Positions 9,485-19,209 of a stretch of DNA of 64,000 nt are shown here, in pieces (within the stretch, counting starts at the first letter, position 1; each line of letters begins with the position of its first letter). This DNA comes from an uncultured Oscillospiraceae bacterium (GTDB lineage: Bacteria > Bacillota > Clostridia > Oscillospirales > Ruminococcaceae). Position numbers and translations under genes: made by a program. The notes below the pieces were generated by a model. The model ran no database searches, was not told the DNA's origin, and saw only the letters and a list, made by a program, of their open reading frames with translations. The stretch lies in NCBI GenBank assembly GCA_964472465.1, contig CAYYLW010000002.1, forward strand, positions 11,361 to 75,360, written 5' to 3'.

Positions 9485-10297
9485 ATGGTGCGCCTGGCAA
9501 CCCAAGATAAACCCTTTTTCCCGGCTGAATATAGTGCAAAGCTGAGAATGGTGAAAGATTTTGGCTTCGATGGCTTTGAGGCCGACGGCGGCATGCTGCT
9601 GAACGACTTTGACAAACTGAAACAAGCGGTTCAAGAAACCGGTGTGCCCATCACCTCGGTGTGTGGCGGCTACCGTGGCTGGATTGGTGATTTCTGCGAC
9701 TACCGCCGCCGGGTGGGGCTGGAAGACATCCGGGTGATTTTGGAGCGCGCAGGAGAACTGGGCGCCAAGGGAATTGTGGTTCCGGCTGCCTGGGGCATGT
9801 TTTCGCTGCGCCTGCCCCCCATGACACCGCCCCGCCCTGCCGAGGAAGATGAAGCGGTGTTGCTGGATTCTTTGAGCCAACTGCAACAGGTGTGCCAGGC
9901 CAGTGGCACCACGGTTTTGTTGGAACCGCTGAACCGCTATGAAGACCACATGCTGAACACCCTGGAGGCGGCCGGCAAGCTGATTCAAAAAGGTGGTTTT
10001 TCCCATGTGAAGATTATGGCAGATTTCTTTCACATGAACATTGAGGAACCGGATATTGCCAAAAGCCTGCATGTGTGGAAAGATTTGGTGGACCATGTGC
10101 ACATTGCCGATAGCCATCGCTTCCAGCCGGGCCACGGCCACACCGACTTTGTAAGTGGCTTTAGCGCGCTACGCGAAATTGGCTTTGCGGGAACCATGGC
10201 CTTTGAGTGCCGCGTTTTGGGCGATGATCAAGAGGGGCTGTACCGGCAATCCGTTACCTATATCCGGGAGTGCATGCAAAAGGCGGGCCTAAGGTGA
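9485..10297 (+). CDS. sugar phosphate isomerase/epimerase (xylose-isomerase-like TIM barrel)
   Basis: AP_endonuc_2-like sequence (LEPLNRYE, HVHIADSHR). Start ATG at 9485 follows GGAGG at 9473-9477. Confidence 0.75.
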   Translation: MVRLATQDKPFFPAEYSAKLRMVKDFGFDGFEADGGMLLNDFDKLKQAVQETGVPITSVCGGYRGWIGDFCDYRRRVGLEDIRVILERAGELGAKGIVVPAAWGMFSLRLPPMTPPRPAEEDEAVLLDSLSQLQQVCQASGTTVLLEPLNRYEDHMLNTLEAAGKLIQKGGFSHVKIMADFFHMNIEEPDIAKSLHVWKDLVDHVHIADSHRFQPGHGHTDFVSGFSALREIGFAGTMAFECRVLGDDQEGLYRQSVTYIRECMQKAGLR

Positions 10298-11028
10298 GTA
10301 TCCGGGTAACGGTGTGGAATGAAAACCGGGTGAAACCCACTACGCAAAAAATGTACGAGATCTACCCCGGGGGCTTGCATATGGCGCTGGCAGAACTTTT
10401 TGAGGCCGAGGGCTATGCGGTACATACGGCTACCTTGGACCAACCCGAACACGGCTTGAGTGAGGCCGTGCTGGAAGCCACAGATGTGCTGGTATATTGG
10501 GCGCATCTGGCCCACGATGAACTGAGCGACGAGGTGGCAGAGCGTATCTGCCGCCATGTGAACAACGGCATGGGGTATATTCCCCTACATTCTGCCCATT
10601 TGGCAAAACCCTTTCGGCAGTTGATGGGCACCAGTTGCACCCTAAGCTGGCGTGAAGCCAGCGACCAAGAGCTTTTGTGGTGCGTGGCGCCGGGGCATCC
10701 CATCGCCAAAGGGGTAGAGCCGTGTGTAGAGCTTGCATGCGAAGAGATGTATGGCGAATACTTCGATATTCCCGCCCCAGAGGAACTGGTCTATCTGGGT
10801 TGGTTTTCGGGCGGGGAGGTATTTCGCAGCGGGGTGTGCTACCGCCGCGGGCAAGGGCGTATTTTCTATTTTCAGCCCGGGCATGAGACCTGCGCCACGT
10901 TCCAGCGTCCCGCTATCAGGCGCATATTGGCAAATGCTGTACAATGGGCCTGCCCGGTAGCGCGCGGCCAGGATGCGCGGGCTTGCCGGCATGTGGCCCA
11001 GCCACCAATTGAAAAACAGGGGAATTGA
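10294..11028 (+). CDS. ThuA domain-containing protein (trehalose-utilisation-like)
   Basis: The block IRVTVWNENRVK...DVLVYWAHLAHDELSDE...YIPLHSAH matches ThuA family blocks. GTGA overlap with the upstream gene. Confidence 0.75.
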   Translation: MSIRVTVWNENRVKPTTQKMYEIYPGGLHMALAELFEAEGYAVHTATLDQPEHGLSEAVLEATDVLVYWAHLAHDELSDEVAERICRHVNNGMGYIPLHSAHLAKPFRQLMGTSCTLSWREASDQELLWCVAPGHPIAKGVEPCVELACEEMYGEYFDIPAPEELVYLGWFSGGEVFRSGVCYRRGQGRIFYFQPGHETCATFQRPAIRRILANAVQWACPVARGQDARACRHVAQPPIEKQGN

Positions 11029-12731
11029 TGATGAACGGACTGATGGAGAAGGCCCTTCAACTAGCAGAAACCGTGTACCAGGGTGAAACCCTGGCCCAGG
11101 CCATGCAGGTATTGCAGCGTATAGCCAAGGAGTGGCTGCCCAAGGGGAAGCCTTGTACCAGGCCGCTAAGCAGCCGGGATGTAATGCTGATTGCCTATGG
11201 CGATTCCCTTGTTTCCCCGCAGGATAAAGCGCTGCATGTGTTGGATACCTTTGTGCAGCAATATTGCCAGGGCGCTATTTCCAATATTCACCTGCTGCCT
11301 ATTTTTCCCTATACTTCGGACGATGGATTCTCGGTGGCGGACTATGCCCAGGTGGACGAAAACCTAGGGGGCTGGAACGATGTGGAGGAAATGGCCGAGC
11401 ATTTCGGGGTGATGTTGGATGCGGTGGTGAACCACACCTCACAGGCGCATCCCTGGTTCCAAAAATGCTTGGCGGGGCAAGCCCCGTACACAGAGTACTA
11501 TCTGGAGTGCGACCCAGCCAAAGATTACACAAGGGTAGTACGCCCCCGCGCTTTGCCCCTTCTCACCTCTTTTGTGACCAAAGGTGGCAAAAAATGGTAC
11601 TGGACCACGTTCTCGGAGGATCAAGTGGATTTAAACTACGGCTGCCCGCTGGTGCTGGGGGAGGTACTTGAAATTTTGCTACATTACGCCGCGCGGGGCG
11701 CCAGGTTTATCCGGCTGGATGCCGTGGGTTTTATCTGGAAACAACTGGGGACCAGTTGCATGCATCTGCCGCAGGCCCATGCCATTGTAAAGCTGATGCG
11801 TCTTTTTATGGATGCTGTTTTTCCCGGCACCATTCTCATCACAGAAACCAATGTGCCCCATATGGAAAACATCAGCTATTTTGGTGGAGGGGATGAAGCA
11901 CAGCTTGTCTATCAGTTTCCGCTTCCTGTTCTGGGCCTGCACACCATGCTTACCCAAAACAGCGAAAAACTTACGGCTTGGGCGCAGTCTCTGGCGGAAA
12001 CACCTCTGCCCGCAGGCTGTACCTATTTCAACTTCCTGGCTTCGCACGATGGGGTGGGCATGCGCCCAGCCGAGGGCTTGCTGAGTGTGAGTGAGCAAAA
12101 ACACCTGGTGGATACCGTTTTACAAAATGGTGGCCGTGTAAGCTACCGCCAGAACAGCGATGGTAGCCAAACACCCTATGAACTGAATATCAGCTATATT
12201 GATGCTCTAACGGAAAAAGATGAGATGGATGATGAGACCCTCTGTGCGCGGTTCTTGGCGGTGCAAGCCATCATGCTTTCCCTGCAAGGGATGCCGGGTA
12301 TTTATTACCACAGTCTTCTGGGTTCCCGTAGCTGGCAGGCCGGGGTACAGGAATCGGGCATCAACAGGCGCATTAACCGTGAAAAGTTACAGGTGAACTT
12401 ACTCAGGGAGCAGTTGCAAGCGTCGGATAGCCTTCGTCAGCGCGTATTTTCGGCCTACTGCCGCCTGCTGCAAACCCGTGCAGGCTGCAAAGCCTTTTCC
12501 CCCATGGTGCCCCAGGAAGTAAAAACCTATGGGCCGGAATTCTTTGTGGTGCTACGCCGCTGTGAGGAAAGTGGCCAGGCGGTGCTGGCAGTCGTGAATG
12601 TAACCAACACACAGCGTCTTTTCCCCTGTGCGCTACAAGGGGTGGATTTATTAGAGAAGACAACGGGCGAAAGCGCGCGGCTATTTGCCCCCTATCAAGT
12701 ACGATGGATGGCAACAGGAGGGGTACAATGA
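11028..12731 (+). CDS. GH13_18 sucrose-phosphorylase-like alpha-glucoside phosphorylase
   Basis: GH13 conserved regions are present: DAVVNHTS, FIRLDAVGFIWK (nucleophile Asp), ILITETNV (acid/base Glu), NFLASHDGVG. Confidence 0.8.
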   Translation: MMNGLMEKALQLAETVYQGETLAQAMQVLQRIAKEWLPKGKPCTRPLSSRDVMLIAYGDSLVSPQDKALHVLDTFVQQYCQGAISNIHLLPIFPYTSDDGFSVADYAQVDENLGGWNDVEEMAEHFGVMLDAVVNHTSQAHPWFQKCLAGQAPYTEYYLECDPAKDYTRVVRPRALPLLTSFVTKGGKKWYWTTFSEDQVDLNYGCPLVLGEVLEILLHYAARGARFIRLDAVGFIWKQLGTSCMHLPQAHAIVKLMRLFMDAVFPGTILITETNVPHMENISYFGGGDEAQLVYQFPLPVLGLHTMLTQNSEKLTAWAQSLAETPLPAGCTYFNFLASHDGVGMRPAEGLLSVSEQKHLVDTVLQNGGRVSYRQNSDGSQTPYELNISYIDALTEKDEMDDETLCARFLAVQAIMLSLQGMPGIYYHSLLGSRSWQAGVQESGINRRINREKLQVNLLREQLQASDSLRQRVFSAYCRLLQTRAGCKAFSPMVPQEVKTYGPEFFVVLRRCEESGQAVLAVVNVTNTQRLFPCALQGVDLLEKTTGESARLFAPYQVRWMATGGVQ

Positions 12732-13792
12732 ATAAAAAACTGCGTGTTTGCGTGGTGGGTGCGGGTAACGAGGCGGTGGGGCAGCATATCCCCAGTTTTT
12801 TGGAGTGCGCGGAAACGGCAGAGTTGGCGGCGGTATGTGATGTGAACCCAGAAGCCGCCAAAGCGGCGGCTGAACGCTTTGAGTTGCATGGCTGGTACAC
12901 CTGCCATCAGGAAATGTTGGAAAAAGAAAAACCAGATTTGGTAAGCGTGTGTGTACCAAACCGCTATCACGCGGGAATTGCCATAGATGCGCTTCATGCA
13001 GGGTGCCATGTTCTGTGTGAAAAACCCCCGGCCATGAATGCACTTGAGGCGGCGGAGATGCAGGATGCAGCCAAGCGCGCGGGCCGTTTTTTGAGTTTTA
13101 ACCTACACTGGCGGCTGGCCCCAGAAACCCAAGCGGTGAAGCAAATGGTAGACCGCGGCGCTTTTGGAGAAATATATTATGGCCGCGCCCAGGCGTTGCG
13201 GCGGCGGGGCATTCCGGGCTGGGGCAATTTTACAAACAAAGAAATGCAAGGTGGCGGCGCACTGATTGATATTGGGGTGCATATGCTGGACGCCGCGCTC
13301 TATCTTATGGGTTATCCACGTGTTTCTTATGTCTCGGCCTCCTCTTCCAGCCGTATTGGCCGCCGTGGCGGCGTAGGGTTGATGGGGTGTTGGAACCCGG
13401 AGGCATTCACGGTGGAAGATGGATTGTTTGGGTCTATCCATTTTGTGGGTGGCGGTATGTTGGTGGTGGAGGCGGCCTTTGCACTGAATGTGGGTTTCAA
13501 GCAGAAGTTGAATGTGGAATTGTTTGGAAATTTAGCGGGTGCATCGGTGTTTGAGCGGCAAGTTTTTAGCGAGAGCGAGGGAAGCTTGCTAGACAGTAGC
13601 TTGCCTTTCCTGCCTGAAACCAATACCCGCCGTGCCTGTATTGCGCAGTTTGTGCGTAGCTGTATGGAGCGGGATGCGCCACTGGTAAGCGCAGAAGAGG
13701 GCACGCGGCTGATGCAGGTGATAGACGGGCTATATCTTTCCGCCGCCGAAAACAGGCCGGTGCCAATAGACGGGGAGGACAAGCCATGCTGA
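12728..13792 (+). CDS. Gfo/Idh/MocA family oxidoreductase
   Basis: N-terminal Rossmann LRVCVVGAGNEA and the EKP motif (LCEKPPAM). ATGA overlap with the phosphorylase stop. Confidence 0.85.
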   Translation: MNKKLRVCVVGAGNEAVGQHIPSFLECAETAELAAVCDVNPEAAKAAAERFELHGWYTCHQEMLEKEKPDLVSVCVPNRYHAGIAIDALHAGCHVLCEKPPAMNALEAAEMQDAAKRAGRFLSFNLHWRLAPETQAVKQMVDRGAFGEIYYGRAQALRRRGIPGWGNFTNKEMQGGGALIDIGVHMLDAALYLMGYPRVSYVSASSSSRIGRRGGVGLMGCWNPEAFTVEDGLFGSIHFVGGGMLVVEAAFALNVGFKQKLNVELFGNLAGASVFERQVFSESEGSLLDSSLPFLPETNTRRACIAQFVRSCMERDAPLVSAEEGTRLMQVIDGLYLSAAENRPVPIDGEDKPC

Positions 13793-16095
13793 ATTATACC
13801 TGTGGAGACGGTGAGATGCAAAACTGGGTTCTTGCCGAAGAAAGTTTTGACCAGGAGCACCAGGGAAAATGTGAAAGTGTGATGCACCTGGCCAACGGAT
13901 ATGTAGGCATTCGTTCCGCTTTCGAAGAAAATTACCCTGGTCAAACGCGGGGGATGTTTGTGGCGGGCAGCTTTAACCGCCTACCTGGTGAAGTGGTGGA
14001 ATTGCCCAATGCCGCCGATGGCTGTGCCATGGAGATAGGGTTGGATGGAGAGCGTTTCTCCCAAAGCAGTGGCACAGTGGAACACTATTCTCGCAGGCTG
14101 AACCTGCGCACAGGAGAGCTTTTGCGGGAATTGCAATGGACTTCGCCCAAAAAACGTAGATACCGCCTGGAATTTAGGCGTTTTGTCTCTTGGGAAGAAC
14201 CGCAGCTCTATGCGCAGCAGGTGACTATTGTCTCTCTGGATGGGCCGGTGGTCATCGAACTGAAAACGGGCATCAATGCGCGTGTTACCAACAGTGGGGC
14301 GCAGCATTTTTGCGAGGGCACCAAACGGGTTTTAGAAGATGAGGTATTGTATCTTACCCAGCAAACCAGCGAGAGCCAATTTTGGTTTGAGCACGCCTGC
14401 CTGTGTAAGGCAGATGACCCAAAGGTGAAAAACACCTTTTATATGGAGCGTCGCCATCTCTATCAAACCATAGAAGGCCAGGCTGCCCGGCAGGAACCCT
14501 GGATAGTGCAAAAGTTCTCATCGGTAGAGGTGCTGGCCACAGCACCGGCCGCTGAGGAGGACAGGATGGTGCAAACGGTAAAGCGGCTGCAAAATTGGGC
14601 AGGCAGAGGCTACAAAGCTTTGTTCAGGGCCAGCGCCCAGGCCTTGGCGCGGCGGTGGAACCAGCAAGATATTCGCGTGGATACCGATACGGCTGGCTTG
14701 CAATTGGCCATACGCTATGCACAGTATTCCCTAATGGCTGCCATGCCACCCAACAAAGAAAGTTCCATTGCGGCCAAAGGCCTCAGTGGAGAGGGCTATA
14801 AAGGCCATGTGTTTTGGGATACCGAAGTATTTATGCTGCCCTATTTTCTGCATACCTGCCCACAGCAGGCTCGCCTTTTGCTGGAATATCGCATAGTCCG
14901 TATTGACCAGGCCATGGAAAACGCGTCCAATCGAGGATATCGTGGCATTATGTTCCCCTGGGAAAGCGCCATAACCGGGCAGGAGGAAACGCCCCGTTTT
15001 GCCAATATAGATATATCCACAGGGGCGGCCATGCCAGTTTGGGCTGGCGAAAAAGAACACCATATCACAGCGGATGTGGCTTTTGCCGTGTGGAACTACT
15101 GGCGCTCCACCGGGGATGACGCGCTGATACAGCAGGGGGGGGCTTTGCTGCTGGTGGGCTGTGCCCTATTTTGGTGTAGCCGCGCCACCTGGATGCCCGA
15201 AAAAGGCCGCTTTGAGATTTTGGATGTGGTGGGCCCGGACGAATATACCGAGCATGTGAATAACAACGCCTATACCAATTATATGGCTTGGCAGGTGGGG
15301 AAATATGCGCTGGCTGTGTGGGAGATGCTCCCCGAGGATTTGAAAAAAGAGATTGCAGCGCGTTTGAAAGAAAAAAATGTGCCAGGCATATTGGAACACT
15401 TCTGTGAAAAATTATACCTTCCCCTGCCCGGCGAAGAGGGTGTGCTACCGCAGGATGATAGCTTTTTGGGCAAAAAGGTGATTGATATCACCCCCTACAA
15501 ACAGCACCATGTGAAACAGATGATATTGAAAGACTATAGCCGGCACCAGGTGGACAATATGCAGGTGCTGAAGCAGGCTGATGCCATCATGCTGATGGCC
15601 CTATACCCTCGCCTGTTTTCTGCCGAGATTCAAAGTGCAAGCTGGGACTATTATGAGCCCAAAACCATCCATGATTCCTCCCTAAGCCATGCGGTATATG
15701 CGCTGGTGGCCTGCCAATTTGGCCAGGCGGAGAAAGCCTACGAGAGCTTTTTACAGGCAATGCAGATTGACCTTGGGCCAAACCCCTGTTCGTCAGATTT
15801 GGGTACGCACACAGCTTCTATGAGTGGAATTTGGATGGATATAGTACAGGGTTTTGCCGGGCTGCGCCGCGCGGGGGATAGCCTTAGCATTTCCCCTTGC
15901 CTGCCCAAAGCAATCCGAAGCATTGAACTGGAATTTGTCTTCCACGCCCGCCGTTACCATTTGCTGGTGAACCAGCAGGGCGTACAATTGGACTGCCAGG
16001 ATAGCGAAGAGACAGAAGTGCTGGTTTTCGGAGAGAGCCACAGGTTTAGCGGCCGCCTTTTGTTGCCACTGGGGCCGCGGGCAGAGCCAGCTTAG
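13786..16095 (+). CDS. GH65 glycoside phosphorylase (kojibiose/maltose/glucosylglycerol phosphorylase family)
   Basis: 769 aa. Contains the GH65 catalytic block GEGYKGHVFWDTEVF and family-wide similarity. Confidence 0.85.
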   Translation: MLNYTCGDGEMQNWVLAEESFDQEHQGKCESVMHLANGYVGIRSAFEENYPGQTRGMFVAGSFNRLPGEVVELPNAADGCAMEIGLDGERFSQSSGTVEHYSRRLNLRTGELLRELQWTSPKKRRYRLEFRRFVSWEEPQLYAQQVTIVSLDGPVVIELKTGINARVTNSGAQHFCEGTKRVLEDEVLYLTQQTSESQFWFEHACLCKADDPKVKNTFYMERRHLYQTIEGQAARQEPWIVQKFSSVEVLATAPAAEEDRMVQTVKRLQNWAGRGYKALFRASAQALARRWNQQDIRVDTDTAGLQLAIRYAQYSLMAAMPPNKESSIAAKGLSGEGYKGHVFWDTEVFMLPYFLHTCPQQARLLLEYRIVRIDQAMENASNRGYRGIMFPWESAITGQEETPRFANIDISTGAAMPVWAGEKEHHITADVAFAVWNYWRSTGDDALIQQGGALLLVGCALFWCSRATWMPEKGRFEILDVVGPDEYTEHVNNNAYTNYMAWQVGKYALAVWEMLPEDLKKEIAARLKEKNVPGILEHFCEKLYLPLPGEEGVLPQDDSFLGKKVIDITPYKQHHVKQMILKDYSRHQVDNMQVLKQADAIMLMALYPRLFSAEIQSASWDYYEPKTIHDSSLSHAVYALVACQFGQAEKAYESFLQAMQIDLGPNPCSSDLGTHTASMSGIWMDIVQGFAGLRRAGDSLSISPCLPKAIRSIELEFVFHARRYHLLVNQQGVQLDCQDSEETEVLVFGESHRFSGRLLLPLGPRAEPA

Positions 16096-16121
16096 GCAGA
16101 ATGAAGCAGAGGGAAGTGACT

Positions 16122-16787
16122 ATGCGGATACAAGCGGTGATCTTTGATTTGGACGGGGTACTGTGCCATACAGATCGATACCACTATTTGGCATGGAAGG
16201 TGGTGGCGGAGCAAGAGGGGATTCCGTTCACAGAAACGGACAACCACCGCCTGCGCGGTGTCTCACGTATGGAAAGCCTGGACATCATTTTGGAAAAAGC
16301 AGGCCGGGGGTATACCGGCGAAGAAAAACAGGCGCTGGCGGAGAGAAAAAACGAGAGGTATAAAGAATACCTGGCAGAGATTGGCCCCGCCGATTTGGTC
16401 TTAGGGGCGAGAGAAACCATACAACAGTTGAGAGCGGAGGCCCTTTTGCTTGCAATAGGATCCTCCAGTAAAAACGCGGGTTTTATTTTGAAACAACTGG
16501 ATATATTTTCTCTCTTTGATGCGGTGTCTGACGGAAACAATATCATGCATTCGAAGCCCGACCCAGAGGTCTTTCTCTGTGCGGCGAAATGGCTTCGAGT
16601 GGCGCCGGACCACTGTTTGGTGGTGGAGGATGCCGTGGCTGGTGTAGAGGCGGCACAAAACGCCGGGATGGTAGCGGTGGCCATTGGCGAGGCCGCACAG
16701 GCGGGTATAGCAGGGCATAGCATTCGAGAACTGTGTGAGCTCCCGCCTTTGGTGAAGGCCATCAACACACAAGAACAAATGAAATGA
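16122..16787 (+). CDS. pgmB: beta-phosphoglucomutase
   Basis: HAD motif I AVIFDLDGVL and a HAD cap typical of PgmB. Lies directly downstream of the GH65 gene. The ATG at 16122 has a better SD than the one at 16101. Confidence 0.85.
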   Translation: MRIQAVIFDLDGVLCHTDRYHYLAWKVVAEQEGIPFTETDNHRLRGVSRMESLDIILEKAGRGYTGEEKQALAERKNERYKEYLAEIGPADLVLGARETIQQLRAEALLLAIGSSSKNAGFILKQLDIFSLFDAVSDGNNIMHSKPDPEVFLCAAKWLRVAPDHCLVVEDAVAGVEAAQNAGMVAVAIGEAAQAGIAGHSIRELCELPPLVKAINTQEQMK

Positions 16788-16887
16788 GGCAATAATAAAA
16801 CTGCGCCTTTCATGGCAAACAGCGGGAATGCGTGTTTGTACAAGAAGGTGCAGTTTTCTGTTGAAAGCTGGATAAAAGAAACTTGGT

Positions 16888-18207
16888 TTAGGAATATGTA
16901 GGCATCCAGTTGCCATGTGCTGCCAGCAACTCATCCACCATACAAACGATTTGGTCGAGCGAAAGCTCTGCCGCGGTGTGGGGGTCTAGCATTGCGGCAT
17001 GGTAAATATGTTCTCGCTTTCGTGTGGCGGCGGCTTCCAGTGTAAGCAATTGTGGTAGTATGTTGGTGGTGTTCATGGCGGCAAGCTGCGTAGGAAGCCG
17101 CCCCACCTGGCAGGGGTGAATGCCGGTGCTATCGGCAAGGCAGGGTACCTCTACACAGGCTTCCTCCGGCAAGTTTTCAATAAGTCGCCCCGTGTTCAGC
17201 ACGTTCCCTCCAAAATTGTAACAGCCCCCGGTAACCATTGCCTCTATGATGTGCGAGGCATATTCGTGGCTACGCGTGTGTGGCAATTGGGCTTGCTGCG
17301 CAAGGCTTTCATATTCTTTGTTCCATTCCTCTATCTGCACCCGGCACCGCCTAGGGTATTCGTCAAGAGGAATGGCGTAACGCTCTATCAATTCCGGGTG
17401 ATGTGTTTTAATATAGAAAGGATTATATTCGGCATTGTGCTCGCTGGATTCTGTGCAATAGTACCCCAGCTTGTCTATATAGTCAAAGCGGACCATGTCT
17501 TTATGCGGGCTGGCGTTTTTCTCTCTGGCGCGGCGGCGAATTTCGGGATAAAGGTCGTTTCCGTGGCGGTCAGATAGTTCTAGAAGCCAAGCCATGTGGT
17601 TGATACCGGCAATCTTTTCTTTTCGGCCGTCCAGGTGTTCCTCTAGGCCCAGTTGTTCCAACAGTTTGCTGGTACACACCTGTACGCTGTGGCACAGCCC
17701 GATGGTTTTTATCCCGGTATGCCGCAACAAATAGCTGGTAAGCACAGCCATGGGGTTTGTATAGTTTAAAAACCAGGCGTCTTTACAAACTTCTTCCATG
17801 TCGTGTGCAAAAGCCTCTAGCACAGGAATGGTGCGCAGGGCACGCATGATGCCGCCAATGCCCACAGTATCGCCAATTGTTTGCCGTAGACCGTATTTTT
17901 TAGGGATTTCAAAATCTGTGATGGTGCAGGGGTCATAGCCGCCCACTTGTATGGCATTCACCACAAAATCTGCGCTTTTTAGTGCCTCCTTGCGCCGTTC
18001 CACACCCAGAAAGCTATGGATTTTTGCCTTGCCGCCAAGCCCTTGATTGATGGCGGTTAGTATGGCAACGCTCTGCTTTAAGCGGCTTTCGTCAATGTCA
18101 TATAAGGCAATCTGCGCATTGGATAATTCTTTTGCACACATGCAATCGCCTAAAACACTGCGCGCAAAGATGGTACTGCCAGCACCCATAAATGTAATTT
18201 TTACCAT
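16888..18207 (-). CDS. GH4 family alpha-glucosidase/alpha-galactosidase (NAD+/Mn2+-dependent)
   Basis: N-terminal KITFMGAGSTIF Rossmann and GLCHSVQ metal-site block. ATG at 18207 lies about 6 nt after GGAAAGGTG. Confidence 0.85.
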   Translation of the reverse strand: MVKITFMGAGSTIFARSVLGDCMCAKELSNAQIALYDIDESRLKQSVAILTAINQGLGGKAKIHSFLGVERRKEALKSADFVVNAIQVGGYDPCTITDFEIPKKYGLRQTIGDTVGIGGIMRALRTIPVLEAFAHDMEEVCKDAWFLNYTNPMAVLTSYLLRHTGIKTIGLCHSVQVCTSKLLEQLGLEEHLDGRKEKIAGINHMAWLLELSDRHGNDLYPEIRRRAREKNASPHKDMVRFDYIDKLGYYCTESSEHNAEYNPFYIKTHHPELIERYAIPLDEYPRRCRVQIEEWNKEYESLAQQAQLPHTRSHEYASHIIEAMVTGGCYNFGGNVLNTGRLIENLPEEACVEVPCLADSTGIHPCQVGRLPTQLAAMNTTNILPQLLTLEAAATRKREHIYHAAMLDPHTAAELSLDQIVCMVDELLAAHGNWMPTYS

Positions 18208-18327
18208 GATGTACACCTTTCCGCCCTGAGGGCTTTGCTGGCCATATCATAACAAAGCACAAAGGGTTTGCCCAGGGCTTGCTGTGTGATAGTTTTGTTT
18301 TTATGTGACTTTGGGGAAGGAGAGCAT

Positions 18328-19102
18328 ATGCGTAAGGATCTCATGTTAGAAAACCGGCACTTGCCGGGAATAAACCCGCGCGTTTGTGGCACCCAAAGCT
18401 GTGCGCCCCGGCATAGCTTTGGGCCGGCTGTGCGGGACTATACCCTGCTTCATTATGTGCACACAGGAAAGGGCGTTTTGTGCAAGGCCCGGGGGAAATA
18501 TTTGGTGGAACCCGGCCATATTTTTGTCATTCAAGCCGGCGAGACCAGCGTTTATACAGCCGATGCAAAAGAGCCTTGGGCATACTCCTGGGTGGGTTTT
18601 GAAAACCGCCTTTCCGCGGAGGAAAAAATTGAGAATGATTTGATTTTTGCCCCTGCGGCGGGCGGGCTTTTTACCGAGATGACCGATTGCGGTATGGGGA
18701 GCGAACTGTATATCTGTGGGAAAATTTATGAACTGTTGCATCTGCTTACTTACCCGGCGCCTTCATTACCAGAAGCGGGCCTGTATGTGCGGCTGGCTTT
18801 GGATTATATTGAGGCAAATTATATGCAGAAGATTACTGTGCGGCAGATTGCAAACAGTTTGGGTTTGGAGAGAAGTTATTTCTCCCGCCTGTTCAGCAGG
18901 GTGAAAGGCCAGTCTCCACAACAATACATATTGCACTACCGTCTGGCAAAGGCTTGTACATTTTTGCGGCAGGAACAGCTTCCGGTTGCCCGGTTGGCCG
19001 GCCCGGGTTGGCTATGCAGACGCCGCCAGCTTTAGCCATATATTTACAAAGTACATGGGGGTTTCTCCCCGCCTGTACACCCAAAGGGCAAAAATGGAAT
19101 GA
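18328..19102 (+). pseudogene. AraC family regulator (cupin + HTH) with a +1 frameshift in the second HTH
   Basis: The frame from 18328 ends at 19035 as ...LPVARLAGPGWLCRRRQL*. The adjacent frame from 19007 reads VGYADAASFSHIFTKYMGVSPRLYTQRAKME* (stop at 19100-19102), which is the canonical AraC C-terminus. Confidence 0.75.
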
Positions 19103-19209
19103 TTTCCATTTTGTGCGCCGGTAAGGCACTGGGGTGATACAGGGGCCGGAAATTCTATGCAGAGTATAGATAGGCAACACACACGGCCATTCATCTGGAG
19201 GCGGATACC

